From the NCBI GenBank assembly GCA_022813965.1, contig JALDZS010000055.1:1-64000 (forward strand): a stretch of DNA of 64,000 bases, in the 5' to 3' direction. The position numbers were made by a program, and so were the translations under genes. Under the pieces are notes generated by a model. It had not been told where the DNA came from and ran no database searches. It saw only the letters and a list, made by a program, of their open reading frames with translations. This document shows positions 12,444 to 24,135 of the stretch, in pieces (positions within the stretch are counted from its first letter, which is position 1; each line of letters opens with the position of its first letter). Source of the DNA: Toensbergia leucococca. Lineage: Eukaryota.

Positions 12444-13322
12444 ATGAAAGCCTTCATCTTCCTCGCTGCTCTCCTCTCTTATCTGACAAAAGCCTATCCC
12501 TCCTCTGAACTCACAAATGATTCCTCACAACATCTGTAAGACTAAACCATTCTTCAATTCCCGACAAATACAAGTCATTGAACCAGCTAACAATCTAACC
12601 TATACAGCAACACAGACGACCGATCCTCCCTTTCCCTAATGCACCACCACTACAATCCCCCAACCACCCAAAAACGCGACACCATGCGCCCAATAAACAC
12701 ATGCCCCCCTCCCTACACCGGTTGGATCCTAGTCTACTCCCGCTGCCTGCGCTCCTTCACCGCCCCCATTCCCAACCAGCCCCAAACCCCTCAAGCCTAC
12801 AAAATCCACTGCATCACCAGCATCCCACCCCCCTACGCCCAAGACATATACGCCTCCTGCCTGCCCACGGAAATCTGCATCGACTCCGACCCCGCGCCCA
12901 TCCAACCCTACGACAACTTCCCCGTCACCGTCGCCCGCTGCATCTCCACGGACAACTACCGCAAAATCGCCTCCGTGCTCGCCGGGCAGGAGTTCGGCAG
13001 CGTCCAGATCCCCGCCAACAATCGCAATAACGGAGGGGGCCAGCAACAACAGAATTCGATGGCAGATGCGGTACTAACGGGCCCCACAATCACGACGTCG
13101 GTCCAAGCGCAGTCCATGGAGCTGAGAGCGCTGACCCAATTACCAGGCGTGGTGCACAACGTCCCCCACTTCGCCGCCGTGCCGAACGGGACGTGGGATT
13201 GCAATGATTGTTTCAACATCGGGCCTCAACTGCTCCCAGGGACGACAGATGCGCTGGTAGCATCAGTGACCCTGGATGCCAGCGTGGGGCCAGCCTTGCT
13301 GTATCTGACCACATTCTCTTAA
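12444..13322 (+). CDS. Secreted orphan protein of about 268 aa with 8 Cys (intron 12536-12607)
   Basis: ATG at 12444 gives MKAFIFLAALLSYLTKA (signal-peptide-like). A GTAAG...CTAAC...CAG intron joins it in frame to ORF 12639-13322. A KR dibasic site precedes the Cys-containing region. Confidence 0.75.
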
Positions 13323-13601
13323 ACCAAAAGGGGGGGGGGTGAGACAGAGCGACCTGTTGTCAGAACTGCAGATACTTGACCCGCAAACCACCAAATGAGC
13401 CTATATAGCATTCAAGGCCTTACCTCCCCCCAACAATGACGCTTCAAAAAGAGAGAACCAACGAACGATGCAACACACTTCTTCACAACAGCCAATTGAG
13501 CTGCCCCATCCCAAAAGCCTTCCAACCCTACCCCCATCACGACAGTCCAACAAAACAGACATCCAAGCCCGGAGAAGGGCAGCAGCAGGCTTCCAACCAC
13601 T

Positions 13602-13602
13602 C

Positions 13603-13633
<31 letters not shown>
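13602..13633. repeat. (CAA)n microsatellite
   Basis: About 10 perfect CAA units. Confidence 0.95.
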
Positions 13634-13634
<1 letters not shown>

Positions 13635-13969
13635 AAAGATCCCAACAGCGAAAGAGAACCCCAAGCACACATCAGCCCAATAACTCAAGACAAGCACACC
13701 ATCAAACAAAGATCTCGACCTTTCCCAGTCCAAGGGGCCCTACCTACTACCTCAAAAAAAAAAAGTGAAAATTGAGAACATCCGAGACAAAAAAAAGGGG
13801 ACTACGATGCAAGAATTTTGCAAGCTCGGCCTTCAAAGCTCCCTCAAAGTTTTTCCAAAAAAGTGAAACGAGTCACAACGAGGGTGTAGATAGATGAGAA
13901 AACAGCGACTCCGATCTCCAAAGACTCTAGACTCGGAGTCATCAATCACAATAACGGTCACAATCTCTA

Positions 13970-14720
13970 GCCCTTACCCCACCCCTATCCCACCCAACCC
14001 TACCCTCCCCTCACTCTCCCACCCCTCCCAATCCCCCCACCACCCCCTCCTCAAAAAAAAAAACCAAAAACCAAGAACCCACCCTCCATCCAAAAATCAC
14101 ATCCCCCACCTCCACATCCATCAACATCACCCCCCCCAACCCCACCCCCTCCCCTCCCAACCCTTTCACCCTCACCCCCATCCCTCTCCCCCCCCCAAAA
14201 AAAACCCACCCCCCCCATCCAAAAATCCCATCCTCCACATCCTCCACATCCACATCCATCAACATCAAACCACACCAAGCCCTCACCCTACCCCACCCCC
14301 CACATCAAAATCAAAAAAACCAAAAAAAAAAACCCAAAAACCTTCCACCCAAAAATCATGCACAAGGCCAACCCCTCCCTCCCTACACTACAAAAAAAAA
14401 GGGTAGGCGATAACAGAATCGCCACTCGTGAAATCAAAAAAAGAGAGAAGAGTAGTGAAAAAGATGTTCCCCCCGCCCCCTTGAGGCAGGCTAGGCAGGC
14501 AGGTAGGTAGGTAGGCAGGCAGGCAGGCAGGCAGGCAGGCAGCCATAATCCAAGGAGAGGAAAGGAAAGGAAAGAAAAGGGAAAGGGGGACCAAACTCAC
14601 ATTCCGGGCATCCCAATAATCCCCAATCTTCCCACATCCCCCCCCTCACAACCCCCCCTTCAAACAAAGGAAATACTCAAAACCTCCACTCCCAACTTCA
14701 ATCCATCCTAACTCAACCCC
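13970..14720. repeat. C/A-rich low-complexity tract with an internal imperfect duplication and an (AGGC/AGGT)n microsatellite at 14484-14542
   Basis: C and A homopolymer runs. ccatccaaaaatc...ctccacatcc...catcaacatca occurs twice (about 14085 and 14215). Confidence 0.8.
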
Positions 14721-15123
14721 CGTCTCCGGCTTTCCCTTGAATACCAAGTCAGGGAATGCTGCTGATTGAATGTAATTTTGCAAGAGCAATCGAATACCAG
14801 CCCAGAGCAACCAAATTCCATTTTCTTCTAAAGTAGAGACAAACTACAACCCCGCAAATTACACTTCCTCTCAGTCTATCAAAGTAAGAAAAACAAAAGT
14901 CAATTGAAAAAAGGAAAAAGTACATGTATAGACGCAATTACTCGAAAAGAAAAATTCTCGCATCGCCATTTTAGTTTGCCGCCGAGTCAATAAAGCCAGA
15001 GATACTTCCAACAGGTCCTACGCCCTTGATCTTTTTGGCATTCGAGGTAAATCTCGTCGGACCTTAGGAGGTGCAGATACCTAGGGACAAGAAGTAAAGG
15101 CAAATCTGCAGCTCGTTTGATAC

Positions 15124-17437
15124 TCAAGCACCCGGTGGTGGAGGTGGTGGAGGCTGATCACTTGGAGGCTGTTTGGTTGTTAATATAACTATTTAAAGCG
15201 CAAAGGGAAAAACTTACTGGAGGAGGAGCATCACCAGGCGGTGGAGGAGGTGGCGGATTTCCAGCAGATCCGTTGGCCCCATAGTTCTGGAAAAGAGCAC
15301 CTAGCCCTGGAGGAGCACCCAGCCCACCTGCGCCACTCCCAAGACCAGGAGGAGCTCCCATGCTCTGCTGTGCAGGATAACCACCGCTGGAATCGCCATA
15401 TCCACCACCTGGGTAGCCACCATACCCATAGCCTTGCTGTCCACCAGGAGGAGGAGGAGGAGCCTCCTGTTGACGGTGCCAAGGAGCAGCTCCACCAGGG
15501 GGACCAGGAGGAGGAGCGCCATACCCGCTGCTCTCTTGGCCGTAACCGTAGCTATCACCACCACGACCAGCACCGCCGGAAGCCCATGGAGGCGCAGAAC
15601 CTCCATCTCGAGGTGGATAATCGTCGCGACCTCCTTGTTCATCTCCACCACGTGCCCATGGAGCTGCTGCACCAGTCGGTCCACGTTGCCAGGGCTTGAC
15701 ATCACGATCGCCTTCACCATAGCCCTCACCGTAGTCATTCTCGAAACCGCCAGGCCCAGCTTCAATACGCTGAGGAGCTTCGCCGTTGCCAGCGGGTGCT
15801 CCCCCAGAAAGTTCTTGCATGAGTTGCTATGACTCTGTAAGCAAGGTCATTTAGATTAAGGGATGAGTATTAGACACTCACCTCGTATTCTCGATCAACA
15901 GCATCACCTCCACCAATACGCCCAGCAGGAGCGCGGCCGGGCACGGCGCCTGGTGCGTCGTTGCGCCAATTTGCTCCCCGCTGTCTATCAGGACAATCTC
16001 GAGCCATGTGTCCTGCATTTCCACAGACTCGACAGATGATATTAGCAGTGAAATTACGCTGTTCAGGGCAGTCGTATTTGCGATGACCAATTTGGCCACC
16101 TTGAGATAAGTTAGTAAAAGTTTAGTTTATAGAAGCAGGAAGACTTACAGTTCTGGCAAGCTTGATTCTCATCGTCACGTAGGGTACCGTTGAGGGCTGC
16201 AAGTTCACGAAGTTGGTTTCGCTTGAGCTCATTTTGCCCCTCGGGTATAGAAGCGGCCTGGTAAATTGAGTGTAAGCATGAGCTTTGGCTTGGTAAGAGG
16301 AAGATCTGCTTACTGTTTCAATGACGTTGTGGATAAGTTTTTTGGCCTTGTTGACCTTTTCCTCGGTATCGGCCATGATCAAGCAATGCAAGTCTTCTTC
16401 CTGGTTGCTGGTGTGAGCTGCGTCAGATCGCCCTTTTCCTTCTTTGACAGATCCTTTTCCTCGAATAGCAATTTTTGCCAAAGATTCAGTTTCCATCTTC
16501 TTCAATGTATTGCCTCGAGGTCCGATGAGTAGTCCAACTTTGGTAAGAGAACGCGAGCTAAGTGTTAGTCTATGAAGATCAATAGGTTAAGCAATATGTG
16601 TATTAAGTATCTTGGGTTAGTGGCATGACATGCTGCATCCTCCAAGGGATGCCGCATGCATCACCACGAGGAAAGAAAGAGAATAAATGAAAAAGGTTAG
16701 GATTTAGAGGGTTAGTTATCATACTGAAGTTAATCTCTGGATAATCATTGACCGGCACGTAAACCTTCTCCTGTGTCTTAGTTGGGCGTCTGTAGTCAGA
16801 TGGTGGATGATAGTTAGGTATGATCTTCATGGCTTTTTCAATCTGCTTATGACGCTCGTCTTCGAGACGCTTGCGATAACGATACTCGCGAGTATTGACA
16901 CGCCGACCAAAGTTGTCATACTGAGGTGGTGGGGATGGGGATCTGTTTTAGATGATGGTTAGGAAAGAATTCTGGTGCGAAACTTGGACATGACGAACCT
17001 ATCGCCATCTGCTGGCACGACGTCGTTGATCCGCAATTTTTCGCTAATCTCTTGAATACGAAGATGCAAAGTATATGCTTCAAGCTGTTCATTTGTCATA
17101 TTTGCCTTGATCATGGTGGGTAAACCCATCAAGCCAGCGGCCTTGTTCTCTGCAGCATCTCCCCAACGATTTCTCTTCTTACGTCTCCTCTCGCCATTCT
17201 CGACTGGCTCAGCTAGATAATTTTAGTTGAGGTAAGATATGATGGGATGTATCATGACTTACGTCTCTCTGGACTACGACCTCGTTTATAACTAACGTCA
17301 GCAAGACCAGTCATCGGCTGGGTTGGATTATAGCCTCCATCATCGCCTAGAGGGCTTGCATCGCTACCACCGAATCTACGTCGATTACCAAGTGGGATAT
17401 TGTTTGAGCCAGTGATACCTTGACCACGCCACGCCAT
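15124..17437 (-). CDS. MSL5: Branchpoint-bridging protein / splicing factor SF1 (KH-QUA2 domain, zinc knuckles, Pro/Gly-rich tail), multi-exon
   Basis: [93 protein letters not shown], and a PPPPP tail ending at TGA 15124-15126. Confidence 0.96.
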
Positions 17438-19725
17438 AACGAGAGTATGATGAAGATAATGGATGATGTTTCGGTGGTGATGGAAAGTGACAGATAAAAG
17501 TGAAGAACGAGGTGCGAGGTCGTGGAAGCTGGCCCGAGTTAAGCGTGTCCACACTAAGCTGAATTTGGAGTAAATGGCTTACGTGATCTAGCCCCTTTTA
17601 ACAATATACCTTACCATGTGCATGCACTCTCGGCATGTTTGCAGGCCTTCCATGAGAGTTGTAAGCATAGAAAGTTCACCAATATATTGCAAAGGCAAAG
17701 AAATTTATCAAGGTTTTGTTTGTTGTGCAAGTCAAAGAGCGAGATCCATGACTTTGATTTTATTTTCCGCCTACCGTAGTTCATACTTTCACATCCAATC
17801 TCCCGACCTACTTGAAGCAATATTGGACTCGGGGCTCATATCGTGACACTATATTGCTCTTTCATCATAAGTCTATTGACAGCATGATGCGATTAATCAG
17901 AATCACTCATATACAGTGTTTTATTGAGTAAAGAGACTTGTATCATTTTGTAACATTTCACTTTGACATTCAAGACAATATGAAAAACTTTGTAGTGTTG
18001 CAATGAAATGAAACAACTTCAACAAATTGACTAAGTATAGCCTTCTTTCTAATTAATTCTTAGGAAAGTAAAAACCGTAAAATACCATAGAGGTTTAAAG
18101 AAAAGCACTTTGACTCAAAGTCAAGAGAAATAGAAAATGATAGCGCGAAATGATGGATTTTGAAGTCAAAAAAGCACTCAGGTCACATGTAACACCTAAG
18201 CCACCCTACCTTACAACCTCCCCTATGGAAGAACAGGGACTATCTTAGGGTTGAATCTTGTCTTGAAAGTAGGACTTCGTAGCACCAGTGCTACCTACGC
18301 TCATCGAAGCGAGCAAACGCATTGGGGCCGGATCGGTGAGAATCAGACTAGTGTAGGAGTATCAAGTGAATGGGAACACACGCCAACATTGAATCGGCAT
18401 AAATTCTCCACCCATTGGTTAGAGGCTGCATGGACGAGTTCCCCATATGCGCAAGAATATATCGAAGCTCTAAATCGAGGGCCATTCATCAGAGTCAGTT
18501 GACACCCAGTGTTGTACGGATGAGAACCAAAAAGCAATTTTGCAGAGCGAATATATTCTTATTTGGAATTTAGCACAGTTTTAGTATCCTCCTCAGAATC
18601 CAACAAGCCTAGATTCCTGATGGTCCCCGCCCTTGGAGCATCTTCCCTCGGATGTAAAGCTTCAGCCCTTCGATAGGCATGCTGCAATGCCCTCGTTCTC
18701 GCGGCCTAAGCCACAGAGTGAAAACAGTCAGCCAAAGTGTTCGATCTCCACATACAGGCAGTCTAGCTGAGAGGTTGAATATTCGGCCCACTCACCTCCT
18801 TCTTGTGGTGCAAACATTCATAGTAGTCCTCCAAGGCCGGTAGACACTTCTTCGCGCCGGACACATCTTCGCTATTGGTGTTGACGACGTAGCAAGCCAG
18901 GAGCTCTTGCCAGAAGGGAAAGCAACGCGACGGACCTGTCGTTGAAGGCTGAGCATTAGCCTAAGACCATAGCATTACTTGCTCAACCGCCATTTTAATC
19001 AGAGTATCTTGGAGCTCGGAAAAGGGAGCAAACAGAGACGAACCTACCACCGGCGAGCCCGTATCCGGAGGACATTATTTGTGACGGAGCTGTATTCTGT
19101 GTAAAAGAAAGCAATCAGAGGTTGATGGGGCTAGCGCGACCCACTGTCGGATGCAGTTCTATTCTAAGCCCAATCTAGCTAGCTATCCTTACTATCATCC
19201 GGGCGCGCCGGAGTTAACACTTAGGTCCCATACCCTACAAATCTACTCGAGGACTCGTACAATCAATCAAGTCGACGGATCCTCCCATTCCCCCGACAAT
19301 TCCACCATCTATCTTGCTGCCATCTTGTGGCCATAGAGCTCACAGAACTCATGGGCATGGATGACTTTTAATGAGAGTCTGCTACTTACTCTCAAGACAT
19401 GTTCCGATTCTTTCATCAACAACGCGAAAAGAACATCAGCTCCAAACATGATGGCTAGATTCACGCCGCACAAACAACGTCAAGAAGCAAAGTGTAGGCC
19501 TAGCCAGTGGAAGCTACCTATGTTTATTGCCTCCGCGGCATCTGTACCGAGCTAACCCCGCAGTCATGGAGCTGCTCTACCTAATCTACCTTACCTACCT
19601 ACCTTACCTTACCCCACATTATCACGTCTCACTATCCGTGTCATGTAACAACTCCATCATGTTCCTGCTTTAACTCGTCTCTTTGTGCTGTTTGATATTT
19701 TGTCTCAATTGTACACAAGATCATC

Positions 19726-20978
19726 ATGGCAGAAGTCCCCCAGCTAGTACCTCTCCTACCATTAGAGGACGACGACCCTGGCCAAGCCACTGCAAATGAA
19801 GACCAGAACGGTGAAGCCAACAGTCATATCAACCGTCGTTCAGTAGAATCCACAAACGCCACAAGGGAGACCCACCGCTTCGATAAGGAATTCACAGACA
19901 ATGTGATCAATGCTACAGGGCCAAAGGCATCACCCCGAGTGCGAAAGGTCATGGCAAGCTTGATTCGACATGTCCATGACTTTGCGAGAGAGAATGAACT
20001 TACGGTCGAGGAATGGATGGCTGGTGTTGAAATGGTCAGCTTTTTCTCCGCCTGGCCAGTTTTGCTGTCGCCTATTGCCCCTATCGCATTGCTTAGCCTA
20101 ACACATCCAATGATTGAAAGATCAATCAAGCTGGCCGTATGTCTGACGACCGCCGTAATGAAGGCCAGCTCTTGTGTGATGTAATCGGCCTCGAATCCCT
20201 TGTTGATGAAATCACCTATACGCTCGCATCCTCCGCTACCCATTGCCCCACATCCTCTGCCATCTTGGGCCCCTTCTGGCGCGCCGATGCCCCACGCCGC
20301 GAAATGGGAGCCAGCATCGTGCACAATATACCAGATGGCGACCACACATGGATGCACGGCACCGTGACGGATTACTTGACGAGCGAGCCAATTGAAGGAG
20401 CCGAATTAGACGTATGGCACACCGCTCCCAATGGACTTTACGAGCAGCAAGATGAGGATCAGATAGACTTCAACTTGAGAGGGAGGTTTAAGACGGGCAA
20501 GGATGGAAAGTACAATTTATATTGCCTACGGCCGACAAGTTATCCCATACCCTATGACGGACCAGCTGGAAAGCTGCTGCAGCTACTAGATCGGCATCCA
20601 ATGAGGCCGGCACATATCCATTTTATCGTAAGTGCCTGCTTCTTGTCACAACGTCCTCTTATCATAGATTCTACCCCCAAACCCCTAAACCTAACCCCCC
20701 ATACCACCCACTCACAACCCCAGGTCTCCGCCCCAAACTATAAACCCATAATCACACAAATCTTCGACCGCCGCGATCCGCACATCTCCAACGACACCGT
20801 CTTCGCAGTCAAGCAATCCCTAATCGTCGACTTCCTACCCCTCAAAGGAAATCCCAACGCCGACTTTGAACTCCCCTACGACTTCAAGCTGGCGACGTTT
20901 GAAGAAGCAGCCAAGACTTCACTGGTAGTTACGACGGAGAAGAGCGCCAGTTTCGGGGCTGGGCTGGTCAGAGGTTGA
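19726..20978 (+). CDS. Intradiol ring-cleavage dioxygenase (catechol/hydroxyquinol 1,2-dioxygenase family), two introns
   Basis: [11 protein letters not shown]...[31 protein letters not shown] and RPAHIH provide the two Tyr and two His Fe(III) ligand motifs. Confidence 0.93.
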
Positions 20979-22223
20979 AAGACGCGGGGGAAAAGAGGTT
21001 TTTCAGTGTATTATTCTCGTCGGCTTTGTAAGATGTGCATGTAGAGTTGTCCGAGGCTCTTCACGCGCTTGCTTGCTTCACCGCAGATCAAATTCATCAA
21101 AACTGTATAAAGTAGAGCCGCGCTATTCAAGAAAAGCAACTAAAACTTTCAAAAACAACAGCTGAATTGCACCACATGAATTAGTCCAAGAGAAAGAAAC
21201 ACATCCTTCGAGACAGACGCAGGGGTTGACAAAAACGAATCGACCCTACCTACCTACCAACCTATCTACTACCCACCCCTCTCATCCGTAAAAATTACAA
21301 AGAGTTTAAACAAATAAATTCTTCCCCCCAACCCCCACCACAAATCCCCCCCAACAATCCCACCACAGATCCCCCACCGCACAAACTCCCACCTCCCAAG
21401 ACACAAAAAAAAAGCCTCAACCCGATGCGATCCCCAAGCAATCCATCTGCCATCTAACAGCACAAGATAGAAAGCGGTGCGAAGATAAAGAATCATGCCA
21501 AGTTAAACAGGTGGCAATGTCTCAGTGGTGGGAGATGGGGATATAGCGTCCGGATTCGAGTGTCAATCAATCAAAAGAGTGATTCACAGATCCGAATTTC
21601 AAAGAAAAAGCTCCGAAACCCCCCCAAAAAAAGGGGGTATCTGGTTCGAAAGAAAAACAAGCCCGTTGAGAAGAGTCAGTGCTGTTGAAAAAAAGGGCAA
21701 GAGAAGGGCTTTTAAAAACAACAATTCGAAAAACAGGGGTAGATCTTGTCACGGAAAAATTTGTCAAGCATTCATTTTTAAGCAAGGGAGCACATATTTC
21801 CCATGCCGGACCATAAGCATCTTGGTTAGAGATGAACAAACAATCTATTAAGAATAATCATCGAACCAGAAACTTCGCAAACAAAGTGAAGCAAGCAATG
21901 TGGCCGAATTGAACGAGAGTAAGAGTACCATTGCCACGCAGTTCCCCACCCTCCCACATTGTAAGACCGAATTGAAAACGAAGGTAAGGTGTTACTGATA
22001 TACTCTCTTCCCCCTCCCCGCCCATTGGCAGAAAATGCATTCAAGACAGTGAGAAAATAGCCTCCAAGTACAATCCTGAAGAAAAGCAAATCTCGAACAT
22101 TACTGTAATAAAATTACATCTATTGGTGTCCTTGAGGGGCCCTGGAAAGAGATTTGAAATAGACGGAAGAAAAATCCCACGCAATGCAGCATTATTCGAT
22201 GCCAAATTTACCCAAGATAAAGC

Positions 22224-24135
22224 TCAAGTGCTAAATGCGCGACCGAAAAGATTGCGCTTGCGAGTAGAGGCTCCAGAGGGAGGATACATGGCACTGGAGG
22301 GAATCAGCGAAAGTTCAATATTCAACTCTTGGAGGAACGCCTACCCGTGGACGTCGGTAGGGACTACTGTGTTGGCACCTGTCAAATTAAGAGGCTGTTC
22401 GGTGTTACCAGCTGCATTACCAGCCGTTGCCATCCCGTAAGCCTTGCAAGCAGCGAGATGGGATTCGGGAATTTGCAAATTCTGAAAGTGATCTGGCGCT
22501 TCGATCATGGTCGCGCTTAAGCCCGACGAGACGTGAAATTCAATGTGACAATGAAATAGCCAAACTCGTGAGAAAATGTCAGTATAGAGACTCGGTCCAA
22601 AATTAGGAAGTGGACTTATCTGGATTGTTGGCGCGGAATCGAATCACAACGTAGGAACTCGGCTGGATCATAATAGTATCTCTTCGCATCGGTGTGCTGG
22701 ACACGTTGCTATAGGTGCCAGGAAATAGCCCAGACTGCGGAGCCGGTCTTTCAAGGACCTGGAAGTTATGTCCATGAAGATGCCATGGATGCAAATTATC
22801 TTGGAGGTTGTTGACAACGATTTCTATAACTTGGCCATACTTGAGGACATAAGGATTGCTGTTCACACCATAAACCTTAGGATTCGAGGAGTAGTTGCCT
22901 CCGACTGTCAAAGCTGTGTAGAGTGACGGAACCTTTTGTGGAAGATATGTGACATTGTTCACAAGTGCCCTGAGCCCGGGAATTAGCATAAATCGGATTA
23001 CGTAACTTAAGAAGCTGGAAACGTGCCGATTTACTCCATTCAAAACACCAAAATTCATGTTGATAACAATCTGTCTGTCGACCGGTGCCATGAGTGCTTG
23101 TTTATCGTAAGGAACAAGAGATACATCATCAAAAAAGTCAAATCCATATAGCACAACGGACTTTGGTAGTGGTTTCTTCTCGTTGTAGACAAGGTACGCT
23201 GTGGCATTAGGATTATATCCCGCAGGCGGAGTAAACATATTAATATCCAAAACCGACAAGACGGCGAAGTTGGTCGAGGTACTATTTTTGGAATTAACAA
23301 GAAAGCTCCATCGCTGCCCAGTAGCAATCCGTATGTTCTCGGTCCCGAGGTAATGTTGCTGGGTGTAAACGCCGTCGACTTCCACGCAAGTGAAAGGATG
23401 GCCATCGAAATAAATAGCTTGACCAACAAAGTTACCAAGGTTGATGATGTGAACAAGATAAGTTTTGCCAGGTAACATTGGGATTGAACGATTCTGTCCA
23501 TCATTGATGAGATTAGCATCAGGAATAGGCTCCAGTCCTTTGTTGTCATCCTCATTCGAAGCAGACTCGTAGGTGTTGAGAAGTTGTGGCATTTGTTCAT
23601 GGTACCAATCGGACAAAGTCATGGTGATCTCTTCGTCGAATTCGGAAGCAAAAGGAGCGGAACTATCGTGAACGATAAGGGGACCTCGAAGACCATCGGG
23701 ATACTGGCCCAAGTTATGCGAGTGATACCAGTAGGTCCCGCCCTGGCTAATCTAAGAAAATACCGTTAACAACTACATCTTGCAATGGGGCATGGAAAGA
23801 CGTACCTTCATGTCATAAGTGATGGTACTCCCTGGAGGAACAGGGCACTGGGAGGCTCCAGTTGATCCGTCCATGACATTGTTGCCAGTCTCGTAGAGAC
23901 CATGGAAGTGAAGGCCAGTTGACTGATTACCAAGACCATTATGGAGATTGACGATCAGTTGATCACCAATATCAACCTCTATCGTAGGACAAGGCCACTG
24001 TCCATTGATGCCAATGACCGGCCTAGCAAAGCCATCAGGACTTGCAGTCACCCAGGTGGCGGACCAGTTGTAAGTAACTGTTTTGGAGAGTGCTGATTGA
24101 GCCAGGCCAAGGACTAAGAGGCTGAGGGCGAACAT
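22224..24135 (-). CDS. Secreted multicopper oxidase, Fet3/Abr1-like, multi-exon
   Basis: Signal peptide plus copper motifs GLHFHG, YWYHSH, HPWHLHGH and WLFHCHIEFH. Fet3-like segments include EPIP, RRDT and C...G....GNAAGN. Last exon GAMYPP...RAFST ends at TGA 22224-22226. Confidence 0.9.

Noticed and set aside
13401..14600. Pro/His/Lys- or Gly-rich ORFs here and at 21269-21851 and 46040-47101
   Set aside because: They are by-products of low-complexity skewed DNA between convergent genes, or antisense shadows of real exons.
17860..18190. AT-rich, CpG-poor patches here and at 37440-37680 as transposon relics
   Set aside because: Composition is suggestive, but no terminal repeats or recognisable coding remnants could be shown.
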